From positions 1-41,059 of the forward strand of contig CAYGWT010000078.1 of NCBI GenBank assembly GCA_964353625.1: a stretch of DNA of 41,059 nt, in the 5' to 3' direction. Below are positions 8,542-18,091 of this stretch, in pieces. The position numbers were made by a program, and so were the translations under genes. Each line of letters begins with the position of its first letter. Position 1 is the stretch's first letter. The stretch is from an uncultured Candidatus Bathyarchaeia archaeon. GTDB lineage: Archaea > Thermoproteota > Bathyarchaeia > 40CM-2-53-6. The notes under the pieces are model-generated. The model saw only the letters and a program-made list of their open reading frames with translations. It searched no databases and was not told where the DNA came from.

Positions 8542-9110
8542 TCAAGAAAGAGATACGCGTTCTCGGAGTAGCTCGCGTTTCGCCTCACCCAAATAATGCG
8601 ACTTCCACCCAAGTTGTGGGTATGGTGTACAGAGGAAACCGTTGGCTCGAGGGCGTGATGCGAGCCGTCATACCACGAGACGTGATGAATCTCACTCGTA
8701 GGATCATTGAGATGACTGTCAAATCCCCTCATTATCTCCAGCTCAGAGTCATCGTACTGGACGAGTTGATCGCCAAATCCGGGAGCTACATCGACATTCG
8801 CGTCCTCAACAAGAAAACGAGACTCCCAGTGGTTGTTGCCCTGCGTCGAAAGATACCCATCAAGCGTCTGCAAGAGAGTCGAATGGTGCACCGACGCGTG
8901 GTGAGAATATTTTCTGACTTGCCCTATGTGAAGTGGAGACGCGCAGCAAAGACGTTCTTCGTCTACTTCGCCGGGCTGAGAGGGGTCGATCTCAATGAGC
9001 TTCTCGAAGTCTGTGCTTCTAGGGAAGGGGTTCCAGAAGCGGCTAGGGTTGCTAGGATCACGTGTTCCTCCCTTGAAGCTACTATCCGGGCGCGAGCCCC
9101 AGCGAGATGA
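8538..9110 (+). CDS. UPF0215/DUF99 family protein (endonuclease V-like fold)
   Basis: MIKKEIRVLGVA... N-terminus and a length (190 aa) typical of archaeal DUF99. ATGA overlap with the upstream ORF. Confidence 0.6.
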   Translation: MIKKEIRVLGVARVSPHPNNATSTQVVGMVYRGNRWLEGVMRAVIPRDVMNLTRRIIEMTVKSPHYLQLRVIVLDELIAKSGSYIDIRVLNKKTRLPVVVALRRKIPIKRLQESRMVHRRVVRIFSDLPYVKWRRAAKTFFVYFAGLRGVDLNELLEVCASREGVPEAARVARITCSSLEATIRARAPAR

Positions 9111-9161
9111 TCTGAACCTGACCGCTATCCACGTCTTCCTCTGAATGTTTTAATAGAGATA

Positions 9162-9515
9162 GTGAGCCTCTCGGTGGCGGATCGGCGAAAATTGAGATTC
9201 TGTCCAAAATGTGGATCAAGGCTTGTACCCGTACAGAAGGCTAAGTCGATCGTCTTGAGCTGCCCGGGTTGCGAATACGAGACCAGAAAACCCGAAAGGA
9301 GCATTCAGCCGGTGAAACCCGAGAAGGAGAACATTATCGTCATCGGTAGAGAAGAGCAGAAGATCAGGACCTTGCCCAAGATGAAAGTCGAATGCCCCAA
9401 GTGCCGCCACATGGAAGCCTTCTACTGGCTCGTGCAAACTCGAGGCGCGGACGAGTCATCAACTCAGTTCTTTCGATGCGCAAGCTGCGGAGCCACCTGG
9501 CGAGAGACTTCATAG
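9162..9515 (+). CDS. tfs: Transcription factor S (TFS / RpoM-like)
   Basis: N-terminal zinc ribbon FCPKCGSRL...CPGCEY and C-terminal TFIIS-type ribbon CPKCRH...QTRGADESSTQFFRCASCGATWRE. An alternative in-frame TTG start lies at 9192. Confidence 0.9.
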   Translation: MSLSVADRRKLRFCPKCGSRLVPVQKAKSIVLSCPGCEYETRKPERSIQPVKPEKENIIVIGREEQKIRTLPKMKVECPKCRHMEAFYWLVQTRGADESSTQFFRCASCGATWRETS

Positions 9516-9651
9516 AACCATGACTCCACAAGGAAAATTAGGTGATCCGATCGTTAGTAAGGCCTCCGGCCCCTCGATGCTTAATAACTTAACAAAAACT
9601 GAGAGTTAAGCATAAGTTACCACCAACGCACGTTAGGGCAGGGAACGCAAA

Positions 9652-10407
9652 GTGTTCAAAGCATCCGTGAGTGACGCGAAACTCTGGAAGAACCTCCTTG
9701 CCGCCATATCGACCCTGATCGAAGAAGCAGACTTCAACGCTACCCCCGACGGAATCAAATTGAGATCAATGGATCCTTCTCATGTGGCAATGGTTGATTT
9801 TGAATGGCGGAAGACTGCCTTTGAGGAATACACTTGCCAAGAACCAACCAAGATACGCGTTAACATAGCGTCAATGTTGAGACTGCTGAAACGTGTCAGC
9901 AGCGATGAGATTCTGGAGATGCTCTATGATGAGAAAACGCGGAAGCTAAATCTAACGCTCAAGGGAAAGATGATGCGCAAGTTCACGATACCTACGCTTG
10001 ATCCTGCACAGGAAGAGGTGCCGACTCCAAAGATCACGTTCAATTCCAAGGTCAAATTGACTACTTCGACATTTAGGGACATCATTGACGATGTGCAGGC
10101 TGTCAGCGACAATGTTAGACTTGAAACCACACCTGAGAAGCTGATTGCTGCCGCAACAACTGAGCTCAGTAGCGCCGTCATCGAGCTTGAGAAGGCAAGT
10201 GATATGTTGATTGAACTCGATGTGAGAGAGCCTTCGAAGGCGACCTACAATTTGAACTATCTCTCAGAGATAACGAAGGCTGGGGCCTCGACTTCTGAGA
10301 TCGTCACGGTCGAATTCTCTAGCAATATGCCGATCAGGCTGGAGTTCGATATCCCCCAACAGGGTCGGCTCTCGTACTATCTGGCTCCCAGGATTGAGGC
10401 TGAGTAA
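9652..10407 (+). CDS. pcn: DNA polymerase sliding clamp PCNA
   Basis: 251 aa. MFKASVSDAKLWKNLLAAISTLIEEADFNATPDGIKLRSMDPSHVAMV is a typical PCNA N-terminus. Confidence 0.9.
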   Translation: MFKASVSDAKLWKNLLAAISTLIEEADFNATPDGIKLRSMDPSHVAMVDFEWRKTAFEEYTCQEPTKIRVNIASMLRLLKRVSSDEILEMLYDEKTRKLNLTLKGKMMRKFTIPTLDPAQEEVPTPKITFNSKVKLTTSTFRDIIDDVQAVSDNVRLETTPEKLIAAATTELSSAVIELEKASDMLIELDVREPSKATYNLNYLSEITKAGASTSEIVTVEFSSNMPIRLEFDIPQQGRLSYYLAPRIEAE

Positions 10408-10410
10408 GGT

Positions 10411-10584
10411 TCAGGCGCGTTTTCGATCCTTGGATTGCGTCTGGAGCTTTCCACATCTTGGGCAGATCGTATCATTTCGGGAGATCATCGCACCGCAAGA
10501 TCTGCACTTGTACCACTTCACTAACTTTCGTGCAACGTCCTCAACCGTCTTCGATGATCTCAATAGATCATCCGGCCCAGGCAT
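10411..10584 (-). CDS. 57-aa zinc-ribbon protein, ribosomal protein eL40-like (below the ORF-track length cutoff)
   Basis: My manual minus-strand translation is MPGPDDLLRSSKTVEDVARKLVKWYKCRSCGAMISRNDTICPRCGKLQTQSKDRKRA. CxxC-x12-CxxC with a basic tail resembles archaeal L40e (..KKvCRKCgA.N...A.kCRrC...). ATG at 10584, TGA at 10411-10413. A TTTATA box lies upstream. Confidence 0.5.
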   Translation of the reverse strand: MPGPDDLLRSSKTVEDVARKLVKWYKCRSCGAMISRNDTICPRCGKLQTQSKDRKRA

Positions 10585-10636
10585 TCGCCGGTCGGTTCCT
10601 GTGTCCTCTTATGGACACAACACACAGAATAGCGTC

Positions 10637-10642
10637 TATAAA
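10637..10642 (-). promoter_or_regulatory. TATA-like box for the small zinc-ribbon gene
   Basis: Minus-strand TTTATA lies about 53 nt upstream of the ATG at 10584, with a GAGGA purine tract in between. Confidence 0.3.
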
Positions 10643-10715
10643 CTCGTTGTGTGACTAACGTGGCCAGCTTGGCGACAACAACGACCCGAGAGAGTGCGGA
10701 AACGGACAATCTAGA

Positions 10716-11894
10716 ATGGCGGAATGCAAGTGCCATTACGCACCATGCTGTCTGGAGGCGAGTTGCCGAGCGAGCTGGTGGACCCACTTAATCGCGGTCT
10801 TGACGAAGCTGGATCATGCGAAGTATCCATTCACTAACGAGGCCGCCGAATACGCCAAGAACCTAAACATTGACCTAAACGACCTTGCCAGTGGAGAGTT
10901 CTCTGTCATACTAGATCTAGCGGAGAAGAGAATCATTGACGCTCTAACGGTTGGAAGGATCGATCCAGAACCTCAAGGCGAACCCGAAATACTGGCATAT
11001 CCGGCTGCGCTGATGTTGATCGCGCTGGCAGGCGACGAAAGGGCTCGTAGGAGATATGCTCTGGGCGAATCAAAGCGAGCCTACGAGTTGCTTAGGCAAG
11101 AGTCGCCAGATCTACTGATGCAGATTGCTGAACACACATTTGCCTGGAACGCCAAAATCATGGACAAAGAAATCGGCGAAACCCTCTATGAATTTGGATT
11201 ATCCTATCCTGACTACCTAAGGAATGCAGTAAAGATACGCGATCCTGATTGGAAGCTCACTAACAGGGTATTGGCGCAGGGGTACATCTACTGCGACAAA
11301 GACGAGTTTGCGAGGCTGCTCAAAGAAGAAGTTGAAGCCAGAGTTCTCTCAAGAATCTCAGGCTACTACGGCGCCACTCCCGATGCTATCGCCCCACGAG
11401 TTGAAAGAATCAAGAAACTTGTGCTTGCTAGAACACAATTGTACGGAATTGAAGAAGCTCCAAAGGCTATTTTGGCTGCTGCGATGCCTCCATGCATGAA
11501 GGCTCTTCTCTCAAGCCTCAGTAGCGGAAAACACATTTCCCACATTGGGAGGTTCGCGATCACGGCGTTCCTGAGCAACATTGGAGTCACCGATGAGGAT
11601 ATCCTCAAGATGTTTCACACGCAGAGTGATTTTAGCGAGAGGATAGCAAGATATCAGGTCCAACACATATCAGGCGCCAGAGGCGGCAAGAAGAAATACA
11701 CCGCTGCCAGCTGCAAGACGATGAAAACGTGGGGTCTGTGCGTCAATCAGGATGAGATTTGTGCTACGATATCACATCCTCTCTCATACTACAGAAAGAA
11801 AGCAAGAATGATGGCAGCGACATCACGGAGACAAGGATCGGTAGAGGTGCCGAGGCCGGTTATCTCAGAGCCTAGCAAGCAGGACTTGACCTAG
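10716..11894 (+). CDS. priL: DNA primase large subunit PriL
   Basis: AKYPFTNEAAEYAK near the N-terminus. C-terminal Fe-S domain with PPCMKAL...HIGRFAITAFL...YTAASCKTMKTWGLC. The true start is probably the in-frame TTG at 10800, because the first 28 codons look non-conserved. Confidence 0.85.
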   Translation: MAECKCHYAPCCLEASCRASWWTHLIAVLTKLDHAKYPFTNEAAEYAKNLNIDLNDLASGEFSVILDLAEKRIIDALTVGRIDPEPQGEPEILAYPAALMLIALAGDERARRRYALGESKRAYELLRQESPDLLMQIAEHTFAWNAKIMDKEIGETLYEFGLSYPDYLRNAVKIRDPDWKLTNRVLAQGYIYCDKDEFARLLKEEVEARVLSRISGYYGATPDAIAPRVERIKKLVLARTQLYGIEEAPKAILAAAMPPCMKALLSSLSSGKHISHIGRFAITAFLSNIGVTDEDILKMFHTQSDFSERIARYQVQHISGARGGKKKYTAASCKTMKTWGLCVNQDEICATISHPLSYYRKKARMMAATSRRQGSVEVPRPVISEPSKQDLT

Positions 11895-11919
11895 CTTTCA
11901 CGATGATTAGTGATCACAT

Positions 11920-14355
11920 TTGATGCGAAACTTACTCAGTGCAGCCTTCTTGGTTCTGATTCTGCTATTCCCCGTTGCGTACCTCACTCTTAATGATGAA
12001 GCCCATCTCGCGGTCTCGAAGTCGATTGATCCATTCCTGTTCCTAGGTAGACATTCAGCGAGCAGCACGAATGCGGGAATGGTCAAGGTGCTAGTCACCT
12101 CACCTAACCCACTGACATCGTCTCAACGAACGATGCTTGGTTCACTTGGTGTGATCACGGGGTATATGGGAAGAGTGACAACCATTCAATTGCCCTTGAC
12201 CGCCGTTGAAGAAGTTGCAAAGCTTGATTTCGTTTCTGGGCTGTTCGCTCCGAGGAGCTATCGTCCCACACTCGATTTAAGCGCACCCGACCTCGGCGCT
12301 ACCTATGTCTGGCAAAACGTTACAGATACGCGCGGAAAACCAATTGATGGATCTGGAGTCCTAGTTGGCATAATCGATACGGGGGTGGATTTGTCTCATC
12401 CAGATCTCAAGTTTCCGAACGGAACGTCGAAGGTCGTGTATCTTTGGGATCAGACGGTATCAGGGAAGCCACCGGGAGGCTTCACGTACGGGGTCGAATG
12501 CTCATCGAGTGAGATCAACAATGGAAAGTGCACAGAAAGAGACACATTCGGCCATGGCACACACGTAGCATCAATAGTCGCAAGCTCGGGCAATGCGTCA
12601 GGCAAGTATCGCGGGATCGCTCCTGGCGCCTCTCTCATAGTTGTGAAGAGCGGGGCTCCAATATGCGGGGGCGAAAGTTGGACCTTTGAAGACAATGCCA
12701 TCGTAGACGGCCTGCAGTATCTTGTGGACAGGGCTCGTGCGCTCGGGCGAAAGCTCGTGATCAACTTGAGTCTTGGAGGGAACATCGGTGGCCATGACGA
12801 TACGAGCCCTTTCGAACTCATTCTTAACGATCTTAGTGCACAGGGGGTCGTTGTGGTTGTTGCGGCTGGAAACGAAGCGAACACTGACATTCATGTGACA
12901 GGCTCCCTGGGCCGCAATAATTCCTCGCTTGTTGGTTGGGCCCCCTCCGACCAAACTCACAGCGCGGTCGTTGACGTGTGGTATCAAAGTGATAGAACCA
13001 TTTCAGCAACTCTCGTTACGCCTTCCGGGGAAACCGTATCGGGACCAACAAGATCCAGTGGAACAAAGACCACGGATGGTTTGGTCAGCATCGTTTCAGC
13101 AACGACAGCCAAGGGCAAGGAGCTCACGATCTCAGTCGACACTAATAGCACTCTGCGAACCTCTAGGTGGAACGTGATACTGAAGGCCATAGATAGCGGC
13201 CCAGACCTGAACTGGGATGCTTGGGTGGACAGCGATAGTTGCTCCTACCCAGCCGCGTCTTTTCTGACCGGCGATGGTTACAGGATCGACGTGAGTGGAA
13301 CGGTCACGGTTCCCGGCACGGCAAGCGGCGTGATTACGGTTGGAGCCTACGTCAGCAAGAACTCTTGGACAGACCTCTCGGGAAAAGATGTCTTCGCCCA
13401 AGGTTATCGTGTCGGCGAGGTCGCGGATTTCACTTCAAGAGGCCCAACAAGGGATGGACGCACAAAGCCTGACGTATCCGCTCCTGGAATATTCATCGCT
13501 GCGGCCCGCTCGTCGGATGTTTCTCCTGGTGATAACGATCCTGATCGGTATCATCGCGTTCTTGCTGGGACGAGCATGGCAGCTCCTCACGTTGCAGGCG
13601 TGGCTGCGTTGATGCTTCAGTACAGCCCCCAGCTCACGCCGAGGGAAATCAGATCTGCTATGGTTGAGGGAACGACCCTTGATGACTTCACAGGTTTCAT
13701 CGATCCGTCAAAAGGATCAAACGAATGGGGGTGGGGAAAGGTCGACGCGAGAACCGTAACCTCGCTCTTCAGAGTATCCTCTACAATAAAATCGCTCCCT
13801 CCAACATTCGCTGTTGACTTGGTCGTCGACGGGCAGCATCACGAACCCATCCACGGAGGGGAGGCCATCACAATGCGGTTCTTGTCCGGCACCACTCACT
13901 CGTTTGTTGTAGCAGACGAAGCGTTCACAGCAAACTCGACTCGATACTTCATCAATCAATATGCTGCTGCTTTCTCCGCCAATAGTGTCTTCACACCGAA
14001 TGCGAGAGTTCAGTATCTGCTCTCGCTAGAGTCCCCAGTCGGAGCGGCCGAGGGTGGCGGATGGTACGACGCAGGTAGCTATGCCAACTTCACCGTCAGG
14101 CTGCCCGAGGTTTTGAAAGGCTTCGGTCGGCTTCTAGGTGTAGATTTTTCCTTTGACCATTGGGTTGACGAGCATGGTAACAGAGTATTGTCGGGCTTTC
14201 TACGAATGGATTCACCTCACACGCTCAGAGCCTCTTGGGGTGTTCGCGTTGCAGATTGGCGGCCCCTCCTTGCTTTGGTCACGCTAACTCTTGTTTTGGC
14301 GTTAGTTTTCGAATCAAGACGAAGAAGACTGCAAAAAGGACAACAACACGGTTGA
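11920..14355 (+). CDS. Secreted/membrane-anchored subtilisin-like serine protease (S8 family)
   Basis: N-terminal hydrophobic signal. Catalytic triad motifs GIIDTGVD, HGTHVASI and GTSMAAPHVAG. C-terminal TM helix followed by RRRR. Ends in three tandem in-frame TGA codons. Confidence 0.9.
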   Translation: MMRNLLSAAFLVLILLFPVAYLTLNDEAHLAVSKSIDPFLFLGRHSASSTNAGMVKVLVTSPNPLTSSQRTMLGSLGVITGYMGRVTTIQLPLTAVEEVAKLDFVSGLFAPRSYRPTLDLSAPDLGATYVWQNVTDTRGKPIDGSGVLVGIIDTGVDLSHPDLKFPNGTSKVVYLWDQTVSGKPPGGFTYGVECSSSEINNGKCTERDTFGHGTHVASIVASSGNASGKYRGIAPGASLIVVKSGAPICGGESWTFEDNAIVDGLQYLVDRARALGRKLVINLSLGGNIGGHDDTSPFELILNDLSAQGVVVVVAAGNEANTDIHVTGSLGRNNSSLVGWAPSDQTHSAVVDVWYQSDRTISATLVTPSGETVSGPTRSSGTKTTDGLVSIVSATTAKGKELTISVDTNSTLRTSRWNVILKAIDSGPDLNWDAWVDSDSCSYPAASFLTGDGYRIDVSGTVTVPGTASGVITVGAYVSKNSWTDLSGKDVFAQGYRVGEVADFTSRGPTRDGRTKPDVSAPGIFIAAARSSDVSPGDNDPDRYHRVLAGTSMAAPHVAGVAALMLQYSPQLTPREIRSAMVEGTTLDDFTGFIDPSKGSNEWGWGKVDARTVTSLFRVSSTIKSLPPTFAVDLVVDGQHHEPIHGGEAITMRFLSGTTHSFVVADEAFTANSTRYFINQYAAAFSANSVFTPNARVQYLLSLESPVGAAEGGGWYDAGSYANFTVRLPEVLKGFGRLLGVDFSFDHWVDEHGNRVLSGFLRMDSPHTLRASWGVRVADWRPLLALVTLTLVLALVFESRRRRLQKGQQHG

Positions 14356-14415
14356 TGATGATTTGACGTTCGGTCGAGCGAGACCCGACGAGGCAAGAAC
14401 ACATTTGTCTTCGCG

Positions 14416-15711
14416 GTGATGGTGAGCCTGCAAGAAAAAGGGGAATGCGAGACGGCCTCAACCAGCGCTCGGGACACGGATCGGATCAGTTTCATCAAGA
14501 AGGCCTTCTTGCAGTACTACACCCAGCGAAGCAGCAGGGTCGCTCTGCCCCCGGACTTTCGATCTAGAGAATTCGCATTTCTCGCATTTGGCGAGAAATT
14601 CATGACGCGACACAAAGCAATTGGATCACAAGAAGAACTAGCCAATACGATTCGAATGCTAGTCCCGTCGGACGTCTACTATTCAACGGCCTACTACTCG
14701 AAACCTGCGGAACAGATGGAGCGCAAAGGTTGGCTCGGATCCGATCTCGTCTTCGATGTTGACGCCGACCACATACTGACTTCATGCAAAGCAAATCATG
14801 ACAAGTGGCGCTGTAACAATTGCGGATTCTCAAAACAAGGAAAGTCTCCTACTCAATGCCCCAACTGTGGGCGAGCAAAGTTCGAAGAGCGTACTTGGCT
14901 CTGTGATGACTGTCTCAAAGCGGCGAAAAATGAAGTCTTCAAACTCACTGACTTCCTGGCAAACGATTTTGGAATATCAGAACAAGCGATGCACGTCTTC
15001 TTTTCCGGTCACAGAGGATATCACCTCCATGTGAGAACAGAAGAGGTTCGCAAACTGGATGAGTCGCAGAGAAAGGAGATAGTTGACTACGTTCTGGGTT
15101 TGGGATTGGATGCCTTCTTTCAGGGGCTCTACAAGAAGCCCAAGGATGTGATCGTAGGGCCGCAGCGAGACGATCCAGGATGGCGTGGTCGCTTCGCCCG
15201 GGAGATCTACCGACTCATCATGCATGGAACCGAGGAAGAACTGGTGGACTTGGGTTTCTCGACCCGTCGAGCGCGATTGATCATGCAAGAAAGACCAGAG
15301 AGAGAAGAGCGTTGGCAGAAAGAGATTCTGTGGAGCGAGTTCGAAGATAGGTTCCACGTCAAGGACACAACTTGGCGTGCGACATTTGAGCGGGCAATCT
15401 CAAAAGGCGCCCTGCCCGCAGAGATCGACACCGTAGTAACCACGGATATTCACAGATTGATACGTCTGCCCGAGACGCTCAACGGAAAGACAGGCCTTAG
15501 AGCAATGGCGGTTTCAAACTTGAACACCTTTGATCCATTTGTTGATCCAATAGCTTTTGAAGGAGAAGAAACAATTCGAGTCAGCGACGCACCAGCTTTC
15601 AGAATGGGAAACAGGAACTATGGGCCATACGTCAATGAGGAAGTGACGCTACCCGCTGCAGCCGCGATGCTCCTACTCTGCAAAGGTGTGGGTGGTCTAA
15701 TACAGAAATGA
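14416..15711 (+). CDS. priS: DNA primase small (catalytic) subunit PriS
   Basis: DLVFDVDADH, zinc motif CNNCGF...CPNCG, FFSGHRGYHLHV and TDIHRLIRLPETLNGKTG. Confidence 0.9.
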   Translation: MMVSLQEKGECETASTSARDTDRISFIKKAFLQYYTQRSSRVALPPDFRSREFAFLAFGEKFMTRHKAIGSQEELANTIRMLVPSDVYYSTAYYSKPAEQMERKGWLGSDLVFDVDADHILTSCKANHDKWRCNNCGFSKQGKSPTQCPNCGRAKFEERTWLCDDCLKAAKNEVFKLTDFLANDFGISEQAMHVFFSGHRGYHLHVRTEEVRKLDESQRKEIVDYVLGLGLDAFFQGLYKKPKDVIVGPQRDDPGWRGRFAREIYRLIMHGTEEELVDLGFSTRRARLIMQERPEREERWQKEILWSEFEDRFHVKDTTWRATFERAISKGALPAEIDTVVTTDIHRLIRLPETLNGKTGLRAMAVSNLNTFDPFVDPIAFEGEETIRVSDAPAFRMGNRNYGPYVNEEVTLPAAAAMLLLCKGVGGLIQK

Positions 15712-16301
15712 ACCGTGAGGAACTCTACCGAATTTGGAAAGCCGAGAAGAGCGAGATAACGCTCAAAAAGCTCGACCCATCTTTCTACGCAGAGGTCAGG
15801 GAGCTGCTGAACGATTGCATGGCGGCTTCAGTAGCAACCGACCAAGACCGAACTCAGAAGGCAATCACCGAGAAGGAGCTCATGATACTACGGCGGCTGA
15901 GCACCGAGATCGCCATGACGCGAATGAAGAAGATTATTGACGCAGCACTTACCGGACTCAACGTTGGAACTGAAGTGCTTGCCCAAGAAGAAGGAGAGTT
16001 TACGAGGATAATTGCAGCGCATATAGGGGACTACAGACGTTTCATCGACGAATTAGGATTAGGCAGTTTGTCTTCCGTGGAAAAAGCTCCGGACAAGCCA
16101 GTTAGATCCGTGTTAGAGGTCGTGCGATTCCTCTCAGACTTTCCAGCAATAATAGGCGTGGACCTGAGAACCTATGGCCCCTTCAAATCCGAGGATATCG
16201 CCACATTGCCAGCTGAGAATACTTCTGCACTCATCAGCCAAGGGGTCGTGAGGCAGGTTCGTTTCTCCGAAGGGATAACATCCGCTCCGCAGTCTGCATG
16301 A
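15708..16301 (+). CDS. GINS subunit-like protein (Gins51/15 type), tentative
   Basis: 197 aa with an ATGA overlap with priS. Gins15 is known to be operonic with priS in Sulfolobus. The N-terminal pattern ELYRIWKAEKSE..L.KLDPSFY is GINS A-domain-like. Confidence 0.45.
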   Translation: MNREELYRIWKAEKSEITLKKLDPSFYAEVRELLNDCMAASVATDQDRTQKAITEKELMILRRLSTEIAMTRMKKIIDAALTGLNVGTEVLAQEEGEFTRIIAAHIGDYRRFIDELGLGSLSSVEKAPDKPVRSVLEVVRFLSDFPAIIGVDLRTYGPFKSEDIATLPAENTSALISQGVVRQVRFSEGITSAPQSA

Positions 16302-16344
16302 ATTTTCGGGACGGAGGCTAGGGCCTAATTAGGGCTAGATACGT

Positions 16345-16782
16345 CTAGCGTCTAGGCTTCTCCTTCTTGCCTTTGAGCAGAGCATCGAGAGAAACGCCGT
16401 TGCACGCGTATACTTTGAATCGGATTCCCGGAATGTCCCCCATGCTCTTACCTTCGGCGCCACCTATGCCTTCTATCAGGACCTCGTCGTGCTCATCAAT
16501 GAAGTTCATGGCACCGTCGCCAGGCAGGAACGCAGTGAGGACCTTCCCATTCTTTATCAACTGAACTCGAACACACTTGCGCACAGCGCTATTTGGCTGA
16601 CGACATTCGACGCCAACTTTCTCAAGAACTATGCCGCGGCCCTGCGGGGCTCCCTGAAGAGGGTCTGCTTTGTAATCCAGCCCAAGCATACGACGTTTGT
16701 AGGGTGGATAATGCCATCGGAACCGCTTATGCCTACGTTTCAACTTGCGTGCTCCCAGTAGGCCCCGTGATGATTTGCCCAT
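16345..16782 (-). CDS. rps12: 30S ribosomal protein uS12
   Basis: [47 protein letters not shown] is a canonical archaeal S12 core. Confidence 0.92.
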   Translation of the reverse strand: MGKSSRGLLGARKLKRRHKRFRWHYPPYKRRMLGLDYKADPLQGAPQGRGIVLEKVGVECRQPNSAVRKCVRVQLIKNGKVLTAFLPGDGAMNFIDEHDEVLIEGIGGAEGKSMGDIPGIRFKVYACNGVSLDALLKGKKEKPRR

Positions 16783-16907
16783 TATGACACCCGTATCCTG
16801 AAACTCCTCGTGCTAGACTTTGGCCCGCCTTATATGTTGTGCGTAATTCGCGGCACGAATACGGAAGGCTTGAAAGCAATGTGTTGTGAACATCATTCGA
16901 GTCGCCC

Positions 16908-17993
16908 ATGCGAAAGAGCATCCTCGACGACAGAGTCGCGACGACCAAGATTGATCGAGAGAACATGCTCAGGATTCTCGAGAAGACTCCAACAGCCTAC
17001 GAGGAAGCATACGAATCCGCATTGCGTTCTGGTAATCTCCCGCAGACCCCTTCGACTCCCCCAGCGTATTTGGCATTTGTAGGAATGGGCGGTTCAGCGA
17101 TAGCGGCCGACATACTGAAAGAATGGTTCTTCGACGCTAAAACATCAATTGAAGTCCTGAGGGGGCCTAAGCTGCCGGGCTCAGTCGGTGCTGGCACATG
17201 TGTCATCGTTGCCAGCTACTCAGGTCAGACCGCCGAGGCGCTGGAAGCCTTGAGCGAGGCTCGGAGGCGTGGTGCTCAGATTTCTTGTATCAGTTCAGGA
17301 GGAAGGTTGCTTGAGCTTTGTCGAGAAAACAGAATTCCTCACGTGGAAGTCATACCTGGATTGCAGCCCCGTGAGGCATTGCCCCATCTCCTGTGCGCTT
17401 CCCTTGTGATACTTGAGAGGTGGGCCATCGGCGACCATCAAGCAATTGGTGTTGAATTGAGCACTTTGAAGGGGCAACTGGAAGAGCTTAGGAAAAGGGT
17501 TGGATTCAAACAGCCTCAGGTTAAGAACCCAGCGAAGCAGTTGGCCATTGCACTCAACGGAACAATTCCGTTCATCTACACATCCCAACATCTAGCGCCG
17601 GCCGGCAGGAGATTCAAGAATCAACTCAACGAGAACTCAAAAGTACTTGCGAAGTTCGAGATTCTTCCGGAAATGCTCCATAACGAAGTTCAGGGATGGC
17701 ACATGTTGGAGGCCGGATTCGCTGATTCCGTATCGTTCGTCTTGCTCAGAGACCATGAAAACGAAGAGGACGCCGAACAATTCAGAAGATTGAAGCGATT
17801 GATCCGCAAGCGGGGAGGCAAGAAGATACACGAAATCCATCTGAAAGCTCCAACGTCGCCTGCCGCAATTCTCACAACGATCTACTATTGTGACTTTGTT
17901 TCATTCTATCTGGCGTTGGCACGTGGTGTAGACCCGACCCCTGTCAGAACCATTCAATTACTGAAACGTCCGAGGGAACTTTTGCGGCCATAG
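16908..17993 (+). CDS. Bifunctional phosphoglucose/phosphomannose isomerase (SIS domain)
   Basis: FVGMGGSAIAADIL and VIVASYSGQTAEAL SIS motifs. The length and C-terminal domain resemble crenarchaeal PGI/PMI. Confidence 0.7.
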   Translation: MRKSILDDRVATTKIDRENMLRILEKTPTAYEEAYESALRSGNLPQTPSTPPAYLAFVGMGGSAIAADILKEWFFDAKTSIEVLRGPKLPGSVGAGTCVIVASYSGQTAEALEALSEARRRGAQISCISSGGRLLELCRENRIPHVEVIPGLQPREALPHLLCASLVILERWAIGDHQAIGVELSTLKGQLEELRKRVGFKQPQVKNPAKQLAIALNGTIPFIYTSQHLAPAGRRFKNQLNENSKVLAKFEILPEMLHNEVQGWHMLEAGFADSVSFVLLRDHENEEDAEQFRRLKRLIRKRGGKKIHEIHLKAPTSPAAILTTIYYCDFVSFYLALARGVDPTPVRTIQLLKRPRELLRP

Positions 17994-18091
17994 GCCCAAC
18001 CGCCCGTTTCCTGCAGTCAGAATGCAAAAGCCTACTAGCCAGCGCGGTCCGATGGGTTTCGATCTAGCACTATCACGGGAGAGCGAATTGG

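Noticed and set aside
10716-10799. A Cys-rich N-terminal extension of PriL (MAECKCHYAPCCLEASCRASWW...)
   Set aside because: The conserved PriL N-terminus (AKYPF) normally lies within about 10 residues of the start. The extension is more likely untranslated, with the in-frame TTG at 10800 as the start. The longer coordinates are kept only as the maximal ORF.
14353-14420. A C/D box sRNA suggested by ATGATGA at 14357-14363, and a GTGATGA at 1919-1925
   Set aside because: The first is simply the triple TGA stop of the protease gene. Neither site has properly spaced D'/C'/D (CUGA) boxes downstream.
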